64,000 bases of DNA from Tubulanus polymorphus (GCF_964204645.1 NC_134035.1:7596451-7660450); one strand, 5' to 3'. Shown: positions 9,601 to 23,882, counted from the first letter of the stretch. Program-made: numbers and translations. The notes: generated from the letters alone by a model not told the origin.

Positions 9601-12600
9601 TATAACAAACCTAAAAAGAGTTTAAACGGTCGCAAAGTATATCACCATTTAGTTTTTTGGAAACTATCAAACAACCAAATGAAAACAATTTTTTTAATTC
9701 ATAGCATCTTTTAAGCTACATTAGAATATTAATTACCTATACAGCGAATATCATCACCGCTCCACGTTCCGTCCGACTGGCACATTCTGGTAAAATGCTC
9801 CGTACCGCCATTATCACAACCGAATAACACGACATCTCCTACTCTGTACTCGGCCTGAACCGGGTCTTTCTGGATCACTCCTTTCGACAAAACGGCTGGT
9901 TTACACCGAATATCTAGAAAGAAGGATATTTTCCTGAAAATTATTGCCTATTTTATATGACATCCAATCTTCATTTTCAAATGTTAACCTCAGATTTACT
10001 CGATTATTTAATCGCCTAGAAAGGTGTTTTTTTACGGTAAAAGCGGTTACGGTTTCGGTTTTTTATATTTTTAGGTACAATATGAAGTTTCTATTAGCAA
10101 ATATATATATATCTTCTGTTTCACATCAAAGTCGAGTTGAATGAATGCTTATGAATAGCCTAAACGATATATTTACCCAATACGGGCGGAGATCCTGCTT
10201 GGCATAGTTGACATGTCTTGCGGCATTCAGTTTTACCAGTTACACTCTCGCAAAAGTCGGTAGTCTGTACACACGACGTAGACAAGTCATGACATGGAGC
10301 TGATTGAAAATATATCAGGTAATTACAGAATAGTTCTGAAACCTATAGATCTTAAAATCGAGTACGACTCGATTCAGAAACAGCGTTAGTATATATACTT
10401 ACTGAATTGACAGACATCGCACATATCCTGTTTACACATTTCTTTTTGAGTATAACACCAGGGGCTTACAGTCGTTCCTCCCGGATTGCGACAATGATTG
10501 TGACCTTCTAACCCCGCGTTAAAACCACTAAAATTACAGTGAAACTTATCTGGACTATTCCATCCGCTTAGTTACAGAGAAGTTATTGACAACAGCAACA
10601 TTGATTATCATGCAATCAGATAAACAAAATAATTGATCGATGTATATTTGCTGGTACTGCAATGTAGGGTATATAGCTTTTATATTCAGGGCATGAAATC
10701 ATATTAAAAAGTACACAGTTATTACGCGGATTAAAATGTTGGGATTTAACTAAGATTCTAATATTGAGATCACACTTCGAAATGGAAAGTAATATATCAC
10801 CTTACAAAATAATAGCGAATGAATAATTTATAAGGAAATGAGACTGAAAACTGACCGTCGAGTGAACGGATGAAACTCGCAATGCGTCATTTCTTCCCAC
10901 GGTAAACACTCCACAAACGACTGAGTATAACTGATATTTCCTCGATATGATTCACCTCGATCCTCGACATTATAGCAGAACTGATCTTCTGTAAATGTAC
11001 AAACGAAATATAATGATTAATCTATCGATGCTAACTTCAAAGTATCGTTGGTTGTAAAGATAAGAAAGTCTAGAAATGTCACTTTGAACGGTGATGTCAA
11101 GGTAATCGCAGAAATTTGGCAGCGTTTGTTGGAAATTGATACGTATATGCAATAACGTCAAACTTTGCTGCGCCATTTCACTCTTGAGTTTACCTGTTAT
11201 TATAGAAGCGGTTCCACTGAAGCCTTTTTTCGTAACACCGTAGTCTGACGTAAATACGAGCATTAGATGATTTTTCGTGGAAGTGATGGTCTTGAACGCA
11301 TCAGCCGTCTTGCCACAATATCTGAATTTAAAGAGTTAACAGACGTGATAGATGTGTTTAGATGGCTTCATACTCTGTGATTCTGGCAAATAGCCGCAAT
11401 CTTGCTGTTTGCCCTTTAAACTTATCATCACGCGCGTTTCCATTTTGAGCATCTTCGTTCCTGATAAGCTGAATTTTGTTTGTTTATGCACCATATTGTT
11501 AATTGTTTTTGAATATAACCAACCGGTATATGAGCTAACCTTTTTCCGATTTGACCGAGAGTGTGGGCTTTCACTTCCAAATAATCGTGACACGAGTCGG
11601 CAATGCCTTCCAGTTCTAATTCGTGTAGGGTGAATTGGATGCGCGCATTTTTCGGTGCCTGCGAAGGCAAATGAGGAAAATCGATAGTTGTACAAAGATC
11701 ATCAATTATGATGAGTTTTACTGATATTAGAAAAATGATAACATTTCCGAAGCGGTAGATAATGATAGGCCGTAACCCAAAATCGACTCCTTGTTTGGGA
11801 TTCACGTGCAAAACTTTCGATTGAAACCAAAGACGTTGTAATCAACTATCTTCAGCGTGTGACGGCCAATAACTTACCTTTATGAACCAAGTACATTGTT
11901 GTCCATCTTTGTAATTAGAAGGGAAGTTTGGAGAAGTTATTGCTAAGGTACGGATATTATTGTCCAATTCAAACACGCCTCCACAATCTATCAAAGACAG
12001 TCACTATCATCATAATAACGATGAAAATAATTCTCATCGTATGAGAGCATGATTGGCAACTGACAATAAAAACACGTTTTTATCGTTTATAAAAGAGGTT
12101 GTGACAGGAAGAATAGTTTTAGTAAATGTTCGTACCGTATGAAATCGGGTAGTAGTAACAGTAATTGAACTGAATATCTGTCCACCACTGGCTGTATCTT
12201 GGTATGTGGGTACCAGTGAATTTGAAGGTAACGGCATCTTTCTTCATTAATGCTTTCCATTCTCTTAAGACGTGCATGCCTGTTAAATCACTTATCATAT
12301 TACATTTATATAAATAAGGATAAAATTGAATTTAAAGCGATCAGATTTTGACGTTTTCATCAAAAGTTGAAACTGCGTGGTAGATTGTCGTTTCATTTCT
12401 TAAAGAAACAACTTCTTGCGTTTCACGAATCTGTTCTCTTTTTGGATATACGGAACTATACAGATTATTGGGGATATGTTATGGGTTCGACATCCTTTTA
12501 AAGCACACTGTTGTGTTAGTTTTCCCAGCTTAGGACAAATGACCTAACTCACCTTCCACTGCCTGACATTCACTGCCCTGTATCGGATACAATACGAAAT

Positions 12601-15600
12601 GTTTTTGTGTGGGCAGTTTCAGCGGGTTTTGGTTCGGGAAACTTTCTTCGGCGCGACAACAAAAATACCTCTTTATCTGACCATCGATGAGAATTTGCCC
12701 CTCTGGCAAAGGACCTAGTTCCAGCGATCCACCGAGTCCGTCCATCTCAAAAACCGTCTGCGAGAATCCTGGAATATAAATTCAGTTGGTCCATAGAATA
12801 CATTCTATAAAAAGAAAATATGATGATGAATTATCATTTTATATTTGAAAAATAGACAAATCTATACGTTCTCTTCCATTAAACATTTTAGTGTAATGCC
12901 TAAGTATCTCAACTTACCTGCTGGACAAGATTTTACCATGTCGAAACAGTATCGTCCCGGTCCCCATTCAGCCTGGTTTGGTTGGTTTGGAGGCGCGTCT
13001 AACGCGCAGAAGTTCCAAGACCATGTATAGTAATTCTTATATTTCCAGTGATGCTTCTTCTCGAAACGCGTAAAAAAGGTGCTTCTCGCGTAAGTGGTTT
13101 TCCACGCCGACTCCTCGAACTCGTCGGAAGGACAACCTTGGATTGGAACCGGCAATGCGAAACCACCGGGTGGCCATTTTGTAGGTGGTGGGCCTAGAAA
13201 AAGAATAATCATACAATAGAAATATAAGCAGGCTGGTAGATTAACATATCAGCTCAACTAGTTTATAAATGATACATGATTGAGACGGTATTCTAATGTC
13301 TAAGCAACATACGTGACTTACTCGGTTTTGCTATCGTTTCACACAAGTCTCCACCGAGTCCTTCCGGACAAACACATTTGCAGCTTTCTTTATTGTGCAT
13401 GGTTACGTAGCCCAGGTTCTGGCAGGTTTTATGAAAGTTTGAGCACATCAATTCTATAAATGAAAACGAAACAATAAACCGAATAGAACAGTTTCAACAT
13501 TGTGTGCGCGTCTGCAGCCTGGCGCACACGAGAGCACGTGGTTATGTCATGAGAGCGCTCGTTGTGTTTAACTACCTGAACAGTTGTAAGCTAGATTGAT
13601 AGCTTTTACGTCATGGAAAGTTGGATATTTGGCACTAGTCATCAGAAATCGATGGGACTTATCTAAAAAGTCGTACACTCGTTTGCCATTACTCGAGAAA
13701 TCCTAGAAATAAACATTAGGTCATTGTACTGATAGAAAAGGACGTTTAAAACTGACTTGTTTAGTGTTAATCATTTGGAAAATCTTCCATTTGCGATGTA
13801 ATTGAAGAAGTTAATTAAGATCTCAGAATGATGGATGAGTTTCAAAGAACTAATTATGAATCATCGTAATTGTTGATTTGATTTGGTCCAGGGACACCAT
13901 GCCCACATGGGAAGTGGTTTGAAATGCTGAACGATCTAACGATTTCAATATTCAACGCCCCCTGATGAACTTAGACTGAGAGGACAAATACCAACCCAAG
14001 CGTTGTAGTGCATGATAGATGTTTCATCGTATTCCGTATTAGTTAACACGTTTCTATCGTAAACATTAGCGTGAGCTGAACCAACCGCTGAAAGAAGAAT
14101 GAAGGCAATTTGAAACTATTCCACAGTTATGAGTTCTATCGTGCGGATGGTACCTATAGGAAACTGTTGAAATCCTTGATAATGGACCCAGTCGTTTCTC
14201 TAATATCCCTAGGTATGAACGTATATGTGATAAGTTCAATATGAACCTCATTGGTGACGACGGACCCACAACTGCTGCTCTGCGTTGAAATGTGATTACG
14301 TACAAAAGCTTTCAGAAAACTATCTGAATCTTCTGAAATCTATACCCGAGAATATGACGCTGCGCTGCGCTGATAAATGTGATTTGGAAATGACCTATCT
14401 TACGAACTTTGTTTCTTCTTCAAAATTTGTGGTATCTCTAGTCTCGCCTCGATTTGATCACCGCAATCTGGATCTCCAATCCAGACTATCATTCAATGCA
14501 ACAGTCGAATCACAAGCTGCCGGTGACTATTCAACTTAAACATGTATTGTGTGTATCGTGTACACAAACTGGTCCTACCTGTATTTCCGAAATAAATCTT
14601 CACATACATGTCTCGATCAGTTCTCAGTTGTTCGTGGTATAATCCGATCGTATGACCCAATTCGTGAAGCATTACTTTCTGAAGAAGGGAGAACAATGTT
14701 GAGGTGGATCTTTTCTAATTGAAGACTAATAAGCAGCAAGTTCCAGGATAAGAAAATTTCAATCTCAATCGAACGAACGAACGAACGATCGTCCAAAATG
14801 GACGTCATCGGCTTATTGAATTCTTTCGTGAAGCTGCATGACACTGACCGCGGTATAGCAGGGCGAGTTCACTTGACCATTGCCATTAGTGTCCACGTAT
14901 CCTTGAGACGCGTAGCATCTATGATAAATGAAACAGGAGAAATTGATTCGACGAAGAAACTACAAACTGAATCATGCGACCATGATCGGCAATTCTTTCG
15001 GTGAATCTTCCCTAAAATGTGTCAACAGGGTCGGAGCCTGAGGTGGTGCAGGGGTAGCGCATTCCCCTGAAATTTTCACGAGCGCCCTTTTTTGGCTCCC
15101 CTACAGGCTTCGCACATTCAGTGCTCCCGCACGCAACCGGCTATGAACTATAGTTACCCTTTTTTCTGCACCCCCTCCTCCTTTGAAAGAATCCTCCGCC
15201 CCTGGTCAACCTAGATCTTCCGAATTAATCACAGATGAATTATGTTCGCCTAGACTGTTAGAAGCTTAATGATTCACGGCATCCGTTTATAGTGACAAAG
15301 GGATTAAAATGAGCTTAGAATGCGAAGAGAAAATCATAAAACATGTACGTAATCGATCATTCAGAAATAACGTCCAGACTGGAAAAAAATCAAAACACAG
15401 ACAGAACGTACCCGCTACCATGAGAGAAAATCACGTATCCTTTTTGATTTCGAGTGATGTTCTGATCTTTTGTGTAGAAACGAATACACGTGTTCCTTTC
15501 GTAGAAATCCATAGCCATTCTGACCTTCGATTGGGTACTTTCGGCTTTAAATTAAATCACACGCACTCATATATATTTCTACAATACACTTATGTACTGG

Positions 15601-17623
15601 ATGTGCATGAGTACCATTAGCATAAAGTGCATCTTTAACGTCCACGGTATACTTACTAGGTATTTTATAACCTGTTTTGTACAGTCCGAACTCATAAACG
15701 ATCTTCCCATTTTCCCACAAATACTCGTTGTTCAAGATTTTTCTCTTTCGCCGGCCGGCCTTCTTCGGTTTATCTTTAAGTGAAGTTTTCATAAGCTTTC
15801 CGATTGCCGAATCGACCTAAGCCAAAAATAGGTAACCCAAACAATGAACCATTTAGTTCCGGTTGTAACTATCGCGGCGCTGCTACCTCAATTCAAAACC
15901 CATTGGTTCAAAAGAAGCCATTTTTGTAAAACGAAGATCATTTTTAAAGGACAAAAGAATTTATTTTGGATGTGCAGAAATTGTAGAAAAAAAAACAACT
16001 TTGCTTTACCTTTCGTTATGACTAGCGCTACATCGTCGTAATATACTTTGTAATAATTCGTGACTCCAATCATGGATCCGACCATGGATTAATAAAATGT
16101 CCGTGATCTGACTCAACAGTATAGGAATTGATAGATAAACTCAGATACATGTTTCATGCATTTACCGTTTCTTTGTCGGTGGCGATCAGCTGGCTTAGTC
16201 TGGCAGCTTCCGCCTGTATGTCACTCGATGAAAATCTAGGGTTCGCGTCGCTTAAGTCCGCTTCCTTCAGGTTTTGAAGCGTTGACTGCAGTACTTGGAA
16301 TAATCCGTCAATGTCGATTTCATTATCATGTAATTCATCATCCTAAGCAAGAAAATCAAAATTTATTTCATTCGAGACATTATTATCTATTATTGCATGA
16401 AATAAACCTCGAATGCGCTTATCGTCACGAAGAACTAAATTACCTTGGCTTTTTCATCTCTTGGTAGTTTATCGTGACTAATTTCACCCTTTTTATCGTA
16501 TACGTAACTAGCCGCTTTCCGTTCTTGGGGTCCGAGTCCTTCATCGTCCGGCTGGGAATTCACTTCCGGCACAGGCTGAATACAGACAAGAGGCCCGTGA
16601 TGATAATACATCGATTTGTTTCGTATGAGTGCCGCTTTTAAGAACTTGTTAAAAGTCATGCTTTTAACAAGACTGAGAAAATACAACCGCTTCCTTTTGA
16701 AACTGGATATTTTATTCTAAATTGTTGAGGTCACTGACAATGGGTCAAGGTCATCATAAGGGCAATGGGTAACAATTTCCTGACCACTTTAGTCAAATTT
16801 AGTGCGCCTTAAATTTTGTTATACGTTTCTTTTAAGTCATCATAGCTATGTATTGCGTTCACATATGGAATGTAAGATTTGGATTCTATTTTTTTAATTT
16901 TGTAACATAAAAGGTACAAATACGCAGCACTGTAGCGTGAACTTTTACACGTAATTTATACACAAATATGAGCTACGTCTGATAATATAAATATGAGCAA
17001 TCATCTCAACGTTGAGATTATTACTCGTAGCTATGAGCAAGTATCATGGGAAGTGTTTCTTTTAAAATCTATCGTTTATCGCTTTTCGACGCGACACGAT
17101 GCGGCTTTTTTGATACTGTTGAAAACATTATTCTATTCATTGTGGAACTTACCGGAAGTTTCTTTGCGCTGATCGCAGCAGCGCAGGTCAACAACGATAT
17201 GAAAAACCAGAGTCTGGAAAATATATAGAAGTAACGAAAAGATGAATGAGAGAAAAAAAATACGATTGAACGTGGGACGGAATTCATCGAGCGTATACGT
17301 TATCATTTCGGCAATATACCCAGGCCTTTATACTTCCGTGGCAGTAGTTCTTATTCGCGCGCGAGGTCCGGCGACTATACGTATTTGCATTCGCCCGATC
17401 GTAAATACACAGCGAATGATATACACGACACGACTTATGAAGCAAATGTTTACCAATATCACAAATCGTTCGACTTGCAACCCTTATAGAATGGTTATAT
17501 ATGTGCGTAAATTACCATCTGTACTGTGGAAAAATCGGTGATAAAAATAGTCTAATAGATCATAAGCTTATAGAATGAAGGTCACAGTTCATGCTTTATG
17601 TATTACCTGAATAATTTCGTCAT
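3635..17623 (-). CDS. Paralog A: secreted multidomain astacin (M12A) metalloprotease, ~33 exons: signal-pro-astacin-EGF-ApeC-CUB-kringle-ShK-CCP-CTL-ShK-CCP-unknown domain-CCP-CPSC micro-exon-CCP-CCP-kringle-CCP-CCP
   Basis: Spliced by hand with phase-compatible GT-AG introns. Signal peptide [22 protein letters not shown] (ATG 17623), furin site RRKR, zinc motif [19 protein letters not shown], Met-turn SIMHY. The 3' end is uncertain: there is a stop at 3635 with AATAAA at 3604-3609, but also a GTAAG donor at 3708. Confidence 0.9.
4845..4952. mobile_element. Short MITE in an intron of paralog A; related relics near 37790-37912, 52367-52430 and 61740-61851
   Basis: Terminal inverted repeat GGACCCAGTTC...GAACTGGGTCC. 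Absent from the equivalent intron of paralog B. Confidence 0.7.
8491..8737. mobile_element. Non-autonomous DNA element; second, inverted copy at ~46287-46500
   Basis: Both loci share GGTCGCTGTAGTTC...GAAATACGTTACGACC.AACTA in opposite orientation, with imperfect TIRs. Confidence 0.65.
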
Positions 17624-19539
17624 TGAACCACAGCCTCTGTCCGTCTTCATAGCGCAGTTAAAAAAACGAATACAGCACATTTGTTTTCTCGACAGCCAGC
17701 CGAGCCATACATGATAGAAAAAATTCATTTTTCTAGTATCACCGACCCACACACTTCTAATATTTGAACTAAGGGTTCGGTAATTTTTCTGTTTTATAAG
17801 TAATGTCATCACAATCTGTTTCACCTTTGCTACTGCTGCACCAACAAAGTAAGCCAAGAACACACTCGCCTGACAGGTTTGACAACACGAGAAAAAAAGA
17901 TCGAAATAAATCAACTGCAGAAGAAATATGAGTTTAAGCGCCTACTTCTGCCGTGGCCTTCACGAACATATCCGTTTTCAATATATTTCTATTCTATTGT
18001 CTAGAAGCATCCTGGTGACATGAGAAAAGGCATTTTCGAGCATTTTTTCTGATTAATTAACTAAATAAAAAAATCAGGTATTTTCGATGAGATATAACTC
18101 GTCAAAGAATCGATTGAGTAATTTGAATGATTTTTCCCATTTACCGACGAGATATATCTCGTCCGAATATCTAAATATTATCAATTAAATCATAATTACA
18201 TTCCAAAGTATGAAACACTACCGTCCTCAGTCCTTCTTTTCAAATCTCTTTAGATTTTCGTCTCTGCTTGAGGAAGGGCGGTGGATCCTGATCAGTGCGG
18301 CTTCCTGACTGCTCTCTAGAACATCTTTTAGGTATATCGAGTGACTTATACAGTCAACGTGGAAGTGTTGGAATACCTCAGAATTAGAGCTACTCAGTTA
18401 CTTATAAATGAACCGATTATGATCGAGTTTGTCTGATATTTTAGTGGTGCCATCTGACGGAATAGCTGTTGTGCCGCCGTGAGGATTTTTTTTCAAAATG
18501 CAGGCTTCAATGCGGCCTTTGTGAATTAGAATGCCGGGTAAGGGCGCTTGAGAAGACTTAGCGTAGTGCACTACATATCTAGCCTGATTTGAATTCAGCA
18601 ATTTCAAAAGAAAAATTGTCTAGCTAGCTCCCTTAACCTGATCTTGATAATGTTAAAACCCTCTATTAACCGGTACCAATTCTGATAAGCAGAACATTCT
18701 AATTTCTGTCATATACAACCAATATGGTATAGTAAAACGATACCTATCAACAAAAATAAATTTTGGCCCATTTGACCTAGTTTTCTGAAATGCGAATTTG
18801 CGAATTTGCTACATTGGTCAATAAAGTAAAAATCTGAGAAAATATCTTTAAAATTCATCTTCATTTTCAAATGCAAAATTGCAGTAGTACCATTTACTTC
18901 TTCACATGGAATATCAAAAAATTGTTTCAGTTGTTGCTCAAGCATAGATTTATAAAAAAATCTGGACATCCGATCTGACTGAATCAATTTGGCCGACAAT
19001 TATTGCAATGTAACTTTGTTTCACCGAGGCTAGAAATAGCTACACTATCATGTTGGATGTCGACAATCGACGTGTAACAGCATAGCGCTTTTTAGAGGTG
19101 GCGTTGAATTCATTGAGGCTCTTACCCACTGGGGAGCATAAGCTCAGAAGAGACCCTCACCTCTACCAGTGTCTGAAAATTCACCACAACATTTTCAATT
19201 CAACCTAAATTTGATAACCATTGCAAACTAGAATGCTATTTGGAACGAATAGGAATATATCTAAGTAAAAATGCCAATAAAATTCATAAACTGTTAAAAT
19301 ATTTTTTAGACATATGGGTTCGGCTTAACCAATGTAATAAATTTGCTACAAGAAACTTTGAACTAAGTATAATATACTATATTTACAACAATGGTTAATA
19401 GAGGATGCTATCACCTTCTTCCGCATTTTTGAGACCCTAAAATTGGTGAAGCAAATTTGCTACGTGGGTCAATAGAGGGTTAAGAAGTCAACTATTTAAT
19501 AATGACGAATCAGTTTGTGTATAGTTGTGACGAGATCTC

Positions 19540-19930
19540 CACAACGAATCCTCGTCACCCTATACCCCACCATCAACGCATATGTAAATTATGCAATTTC
19601 AATGAGATGGATGACGAGGTCCATGTTATTTTATATTGCCCTCAATACAGTAATGCACGTGCTACACACATCCCAAGAAATGTCATTATTCGTCCAAACA
19701 CATATAAAGTTGCCAAATTTACGAGAAACCCCCTGAATAGTATCAATTTATCAAAGTTTCTGTCTGAACAAAGTAAAATATATCAAATCACTTCATTGAT
19801 CTAGTTTATCAAATTAGATCATTATATGTAATCACTTTTAGTGATTTGGCATTTGTATGTATGTGTAAATGTCAACGTTTATATTTGTATGTGTCATACG
19901 AGAATATTCTCTGACAATAAGGATATCACT
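19540..19930 (+). mobile_element. 3' fragment of a non-LTR retrotransposon ORF2 (CR1/L2 group)
   Basis: IPHHQRICKLCNFNEMDDEVHVILYCPQYSNAR matches the C-terminal RxCxxC...EDExH...C...R motif. It is followed by AATAA and a (TTA)n tail. Confidence 0.7.
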
Positions 19931-20149
19931 GTTATTATTATAGATGGATGACGATAATGACGGGTGACCTCGCCAAATCTATGGCTGTGAGTGGACGACG
20001 CCAAGTTGACCAAGTCAGATTTACACGTGACATATTTCTGGAAAAATTTAGATTATGACGTCACGAGTGATAGGTGTCTGTCGTATACGGATACCGTGCT
20101 AGATACACGCATTATCACCAAGTAACGGAACAGAACGAATTTTCTAAAA

Positions 20150-21465
20150 GTGCTCGTTCCAAATGTACAGTATATTCCGCCTGACATCGTTCATTCTTGT
20201 AATTTATTCGTTTTACTATTTACTGACGATACGACTGCTATGAACTATCATTCCAATTTAAAAACGCTGCAATCAAAAACTAATATTGAACTCACCAAAT
20301 TATATGCTTTCCATAGAAGTGCGTCCATAAAAGATCAATATTCTTGATGATATCGACTTCGTTATGGGCGATGTTTCAATAACAAGAAACAGAGAAACTA
20401 AATTTCTTGCTGTAATCATTGATAACCGTCTAACATGGAAGCAACATTACAAACAAACTATGCCTTATTGTTAGCAGAAATGTTGGCATATTAAGAAAAG
20501 TCCGATGTATGTTCCCTAAATCCGCACTTATAGAATTATTTAATGGTTTCATCCTTCAGTAACAGTTTGGGCATCTAATAATGTAACAAAGCTACGACCT
20601 CTAATTTTGCTTCAAAACGCGCTATTCGTAATGCCAACGCAGAAGACTATCTAGAACACACTACTCACCGTTCAAAAAGTCATTATCAACTCAAACCTCA
20701 ATAAATCAATGTGTTTTAAAATTCTGTACTGATGTTTAAATCTATTCGTGAGCTTCTGTCTGTCAGATTTTCCAATAGTTTGATTCGTAGTAGTCGAATG
20801 AAACACTCTAATCCGTGTACGTTGAAGAAGTCCCACAATCCGAATTTCATATGAAATAGTTAATTATTTTGAAACCACAACGTCTCGGCTGTTGACTAAC
20901 AGTCATCATCAGGTGGGAGCCATCATCATTCCACCTGATAATGGCTGTTAGTCAACAGCCGAAACTTTGAGGTTTCAAAATGATAAATTATTTCGAATTC
21001 GAATTGTGGGACTTCTCCGATTAGTTTGATTCGTATTTCTGATCTCCATTCCAACAACACCTGAACCTCTGATTAAATCCGTTAACCTCATTATAGAATA
21101 ATATCAGGATATCAGGATGTTTTATCCTTACATTAATTGTATTAGTGTTTGTAACGCACTTACTTCCCACACATCTGCATCAGTCGTCCAACATCGGTAT
21201 ATTCAATCGAAATTCGAAAACGCTTCTATGATTTTATTAAGCTATTCTTTCTAGTATCACCCGTCTGTTCATTTCTTGTTTAACTTCCTGTACACACCAG
21301 AGTTATAGGCTTTCTATCAAAAGGATACCCCCTTGGGATCCATTTTTGTCATATTTCTACACTTAACATTGTAGAAGTACATTCTTAAACTTTTTCTTTT
21401 ATGTAATAGTGATGTCTGTATTTTGTATTGTATTTTAGTAAAGAAATAAACTCATATAATCATAA
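20150..21465 (+). mobile_element. Decayed CR1-group LINE reverse-transcriptase 3' fragment
   Basis: LFTDDT (FADDT-like) and KFLAVIIDNRLTWKQH in shifting frames with stops. Ends in AATAAA plus a short repeat tail near 21445-21465. Confidence 0.72.
20790..21021. mobile_element. Penelope-like element remnant: ~90-bp-arm inverted repeat with two decayed hammerhead motifs, flanked by a 14-bp target-site duplication
   Basis: The inverted repeat spans 20827-21016, with hammerhead motifs at 20875-20916 (-) and 20931-20972 (+). TAGTTTGATTCGTA occurs at both 20776-20789 and 21022-21035. Confidence 0.72.
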
Positions 21466-23874
21466 TAAAACCGGTACAGTTGTGACCTTAATTTTTTACC
21501 GAATCAAGTGAGTACGGGTTTTGAAGAACCGGGCGATTCAATGGATAGAGATAATATATTTACTGAACCTAGCGGCAATCTAGTAATGGTATATTACACT
21601 GCTCTTTAAACCATATGATCATCATAGATAATCGCGTTCTGGTTTCTTTCCGGTTTAGATGCTGAACGAACGGAAATTAAGTGAAAATTTAACCGGATAA
21701 GGTGGACTACCGAATAGTGATACCCGACGAAATATTCGTACGTATGTGTTGAAAGACGGTAGCATATCCTATTTTTATTATCAATTTTACCAAACTGAAC
21801 CGATCACCGGATAGACCGGTACCGGTAAAGGCAGAGTTTACTGTATTTATTGAATTATTAGATGTTTAAATTTGGTGAAAAAAATCCGTAACCGCCATAG
21901 AAGCAACGTTCACGAACGTGCATTGTGACGCTATGTGACATCAGACTTATCACCTCTATAGTGATAATTAAAACGACTCACCTAAATATTGACATATTCG
22001 ATAGCAACGGCAACCATTCCCGAAACGTGTGTCTAGTAAAATCATCGATAGAAAGAGGGGGAGAGTGGTTCCAAAAAAGGACACGAAAAGATGTGGGTTT
22101 TTCACTATAATTCCGTTTTGGTGCAGACCGCATACGTTCAGTATATGACGAAGCATAGGTAATTTGGCTCATCAAATCGCGATGCTAAACGCAACCGCAA
22201 TCGTGCTAATTTGTATCCTATTTTTATATAGATGTGAATAATACAGTACAGTCTGGTATGGTGGAAAACAAACTAATAGTATAAATGCTAGTTTCATGTT
22301 TCGGTAGATAATATCGAATGAAAAAGAGAAGAAAAACAATTTACTCTTTTACGGCTAAACGACTCTCAAAACTTGTACGAGATTATAGCCCCAATGAAAT
22401 CCTTAATTTCGCAAAAATAGTCTCTATTTCACGTCGACCTCGAATGTTGTTATTCGGCCATTTACGTTGACAGTTTAGTATCACAAATCGAGTCAGGAAT
22501 TAAGCTTGAGGTAAAATAAACAAACATTTAATGCATCGAAGTCGCATTGGCGAGAATTGTTTTTAAATCTGTTTGATTCGAGTCTCTCGATGGTTTGTCG
22601 TGTCGGGGATATTTATAAATATGATTGATATACGTTTAACATTGTAATAAAATGGCAGACGATAATCACGTCGTTTTTCCTCGTGTTAAACACGTGTTCA
22701 ATGAGTGTCGTTTATCATTGCAATCGAACTCAATCAACGATTCATCGAATTTATTACTTACTTCATTATCTGCTACATCATTTTTCGTTATTGTTTGGGA
22801 AAGCTATTGGTTTTATTGTTTTAGTGTTTCCACGGGTGTCATCAGATGGGGGACCGAGGGTTGTGAACGACCCTCCTGTTTAAATCCGGAGGTTTTAATA
22901 ATTAAGTTCCGCGGTCGAATGCCGAAAAAAACGCTTTGATATTGAGATATATCAATCAACAACTATAGGTGATTTACATAAGTCAGTGTTAGAAGACTAT
23001 ATGGAGGGTATCTGCGTGAACTGGTGCAATGATAAAATATTACGATCACTGCCCCAACAAACCCCGAAAACAGATCAGCTTCAGGGGGGGGGGGGCAGAG
23101 AAACAGTGCTAGAATTACACACGTCTGTCAACCAAACGTTTATATTTTTTCGTGTATGATGTAGTAGTCTTGGTAAATGGGAAACATATCGTACTACGTA
23201 TACTGGTAAAATCAGTCTTAAATGAGTCGTAAAATACTTATGATCTACTTTTGCTAGAATTTTATTTTCGTACGTTCACTTCATATTTGATAAGTAAGTT
23301 GATTAATTTGCTGCAGCATCCGACTATTTCACATATTCTCAAAAACCAAATTTTCACCCATTATTCTTAGAACTTGATTATGGTTAAAATTGATCAGATT
23401 TCAACTTCTCCATTTGGATATTTCTGATCAAGCAAAATAAGGCGGCAAATATCTATTTACATTTACCAATCGATTCTATAAACCTATCACGTGACCTACC
23501 TGTGATCGCGGCTATAGTGATAACAAAAGATGAAAACAACAGTGATATGATTACGAATATGACCTTAACCTGTAGTCACGAGTGACTGATTCAAACTTAG
23601 CCTGCAGTCACGAGTGACTGATTCAAACTTCTGCCACTTTTTCCGGCTAGAATAAATCAGAAAAAAAGATGATTGTCATCAAATAATGATGATAGATGTG
23701 ATTACTTATATTACTCTAATATGTTATAGTCTCGCGTTTCGTTACGTCAATTACGGACAATCAATTTGCTAATATACCAATTATCGGAACATCGTTAATT
23801 TTAGAAACGCTCGAAAATGAAAGAAAATGATTTGTGGCGTCTAAACGATCGAAGATATTGGTTTCGGTAGCGCA

Positions 23875-23882
23875 TATATAAA
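23875..23882 (+). promoter_or_regulatory. TATA box of paralog B
   Basis: TATATAAA lies ~30 nt before CAGT initiator-like motifs (23904-23913) and ~50 nt before the ATG at 23926. Confidence 0.55.

Noticed and set aside
15888-16085. Possible extra propeptide exon in paralog A
   Set aside because: No good acceptor and no counterpart in B; the flanking exons already join in phase.
18651-21846. Possible matching ends of an old pogo-like transposon (ACCGGTACC-containing motifs near 18655 and 21820)
   Set aside because: The match is too degenerate and no transposase remnant is recognisable.
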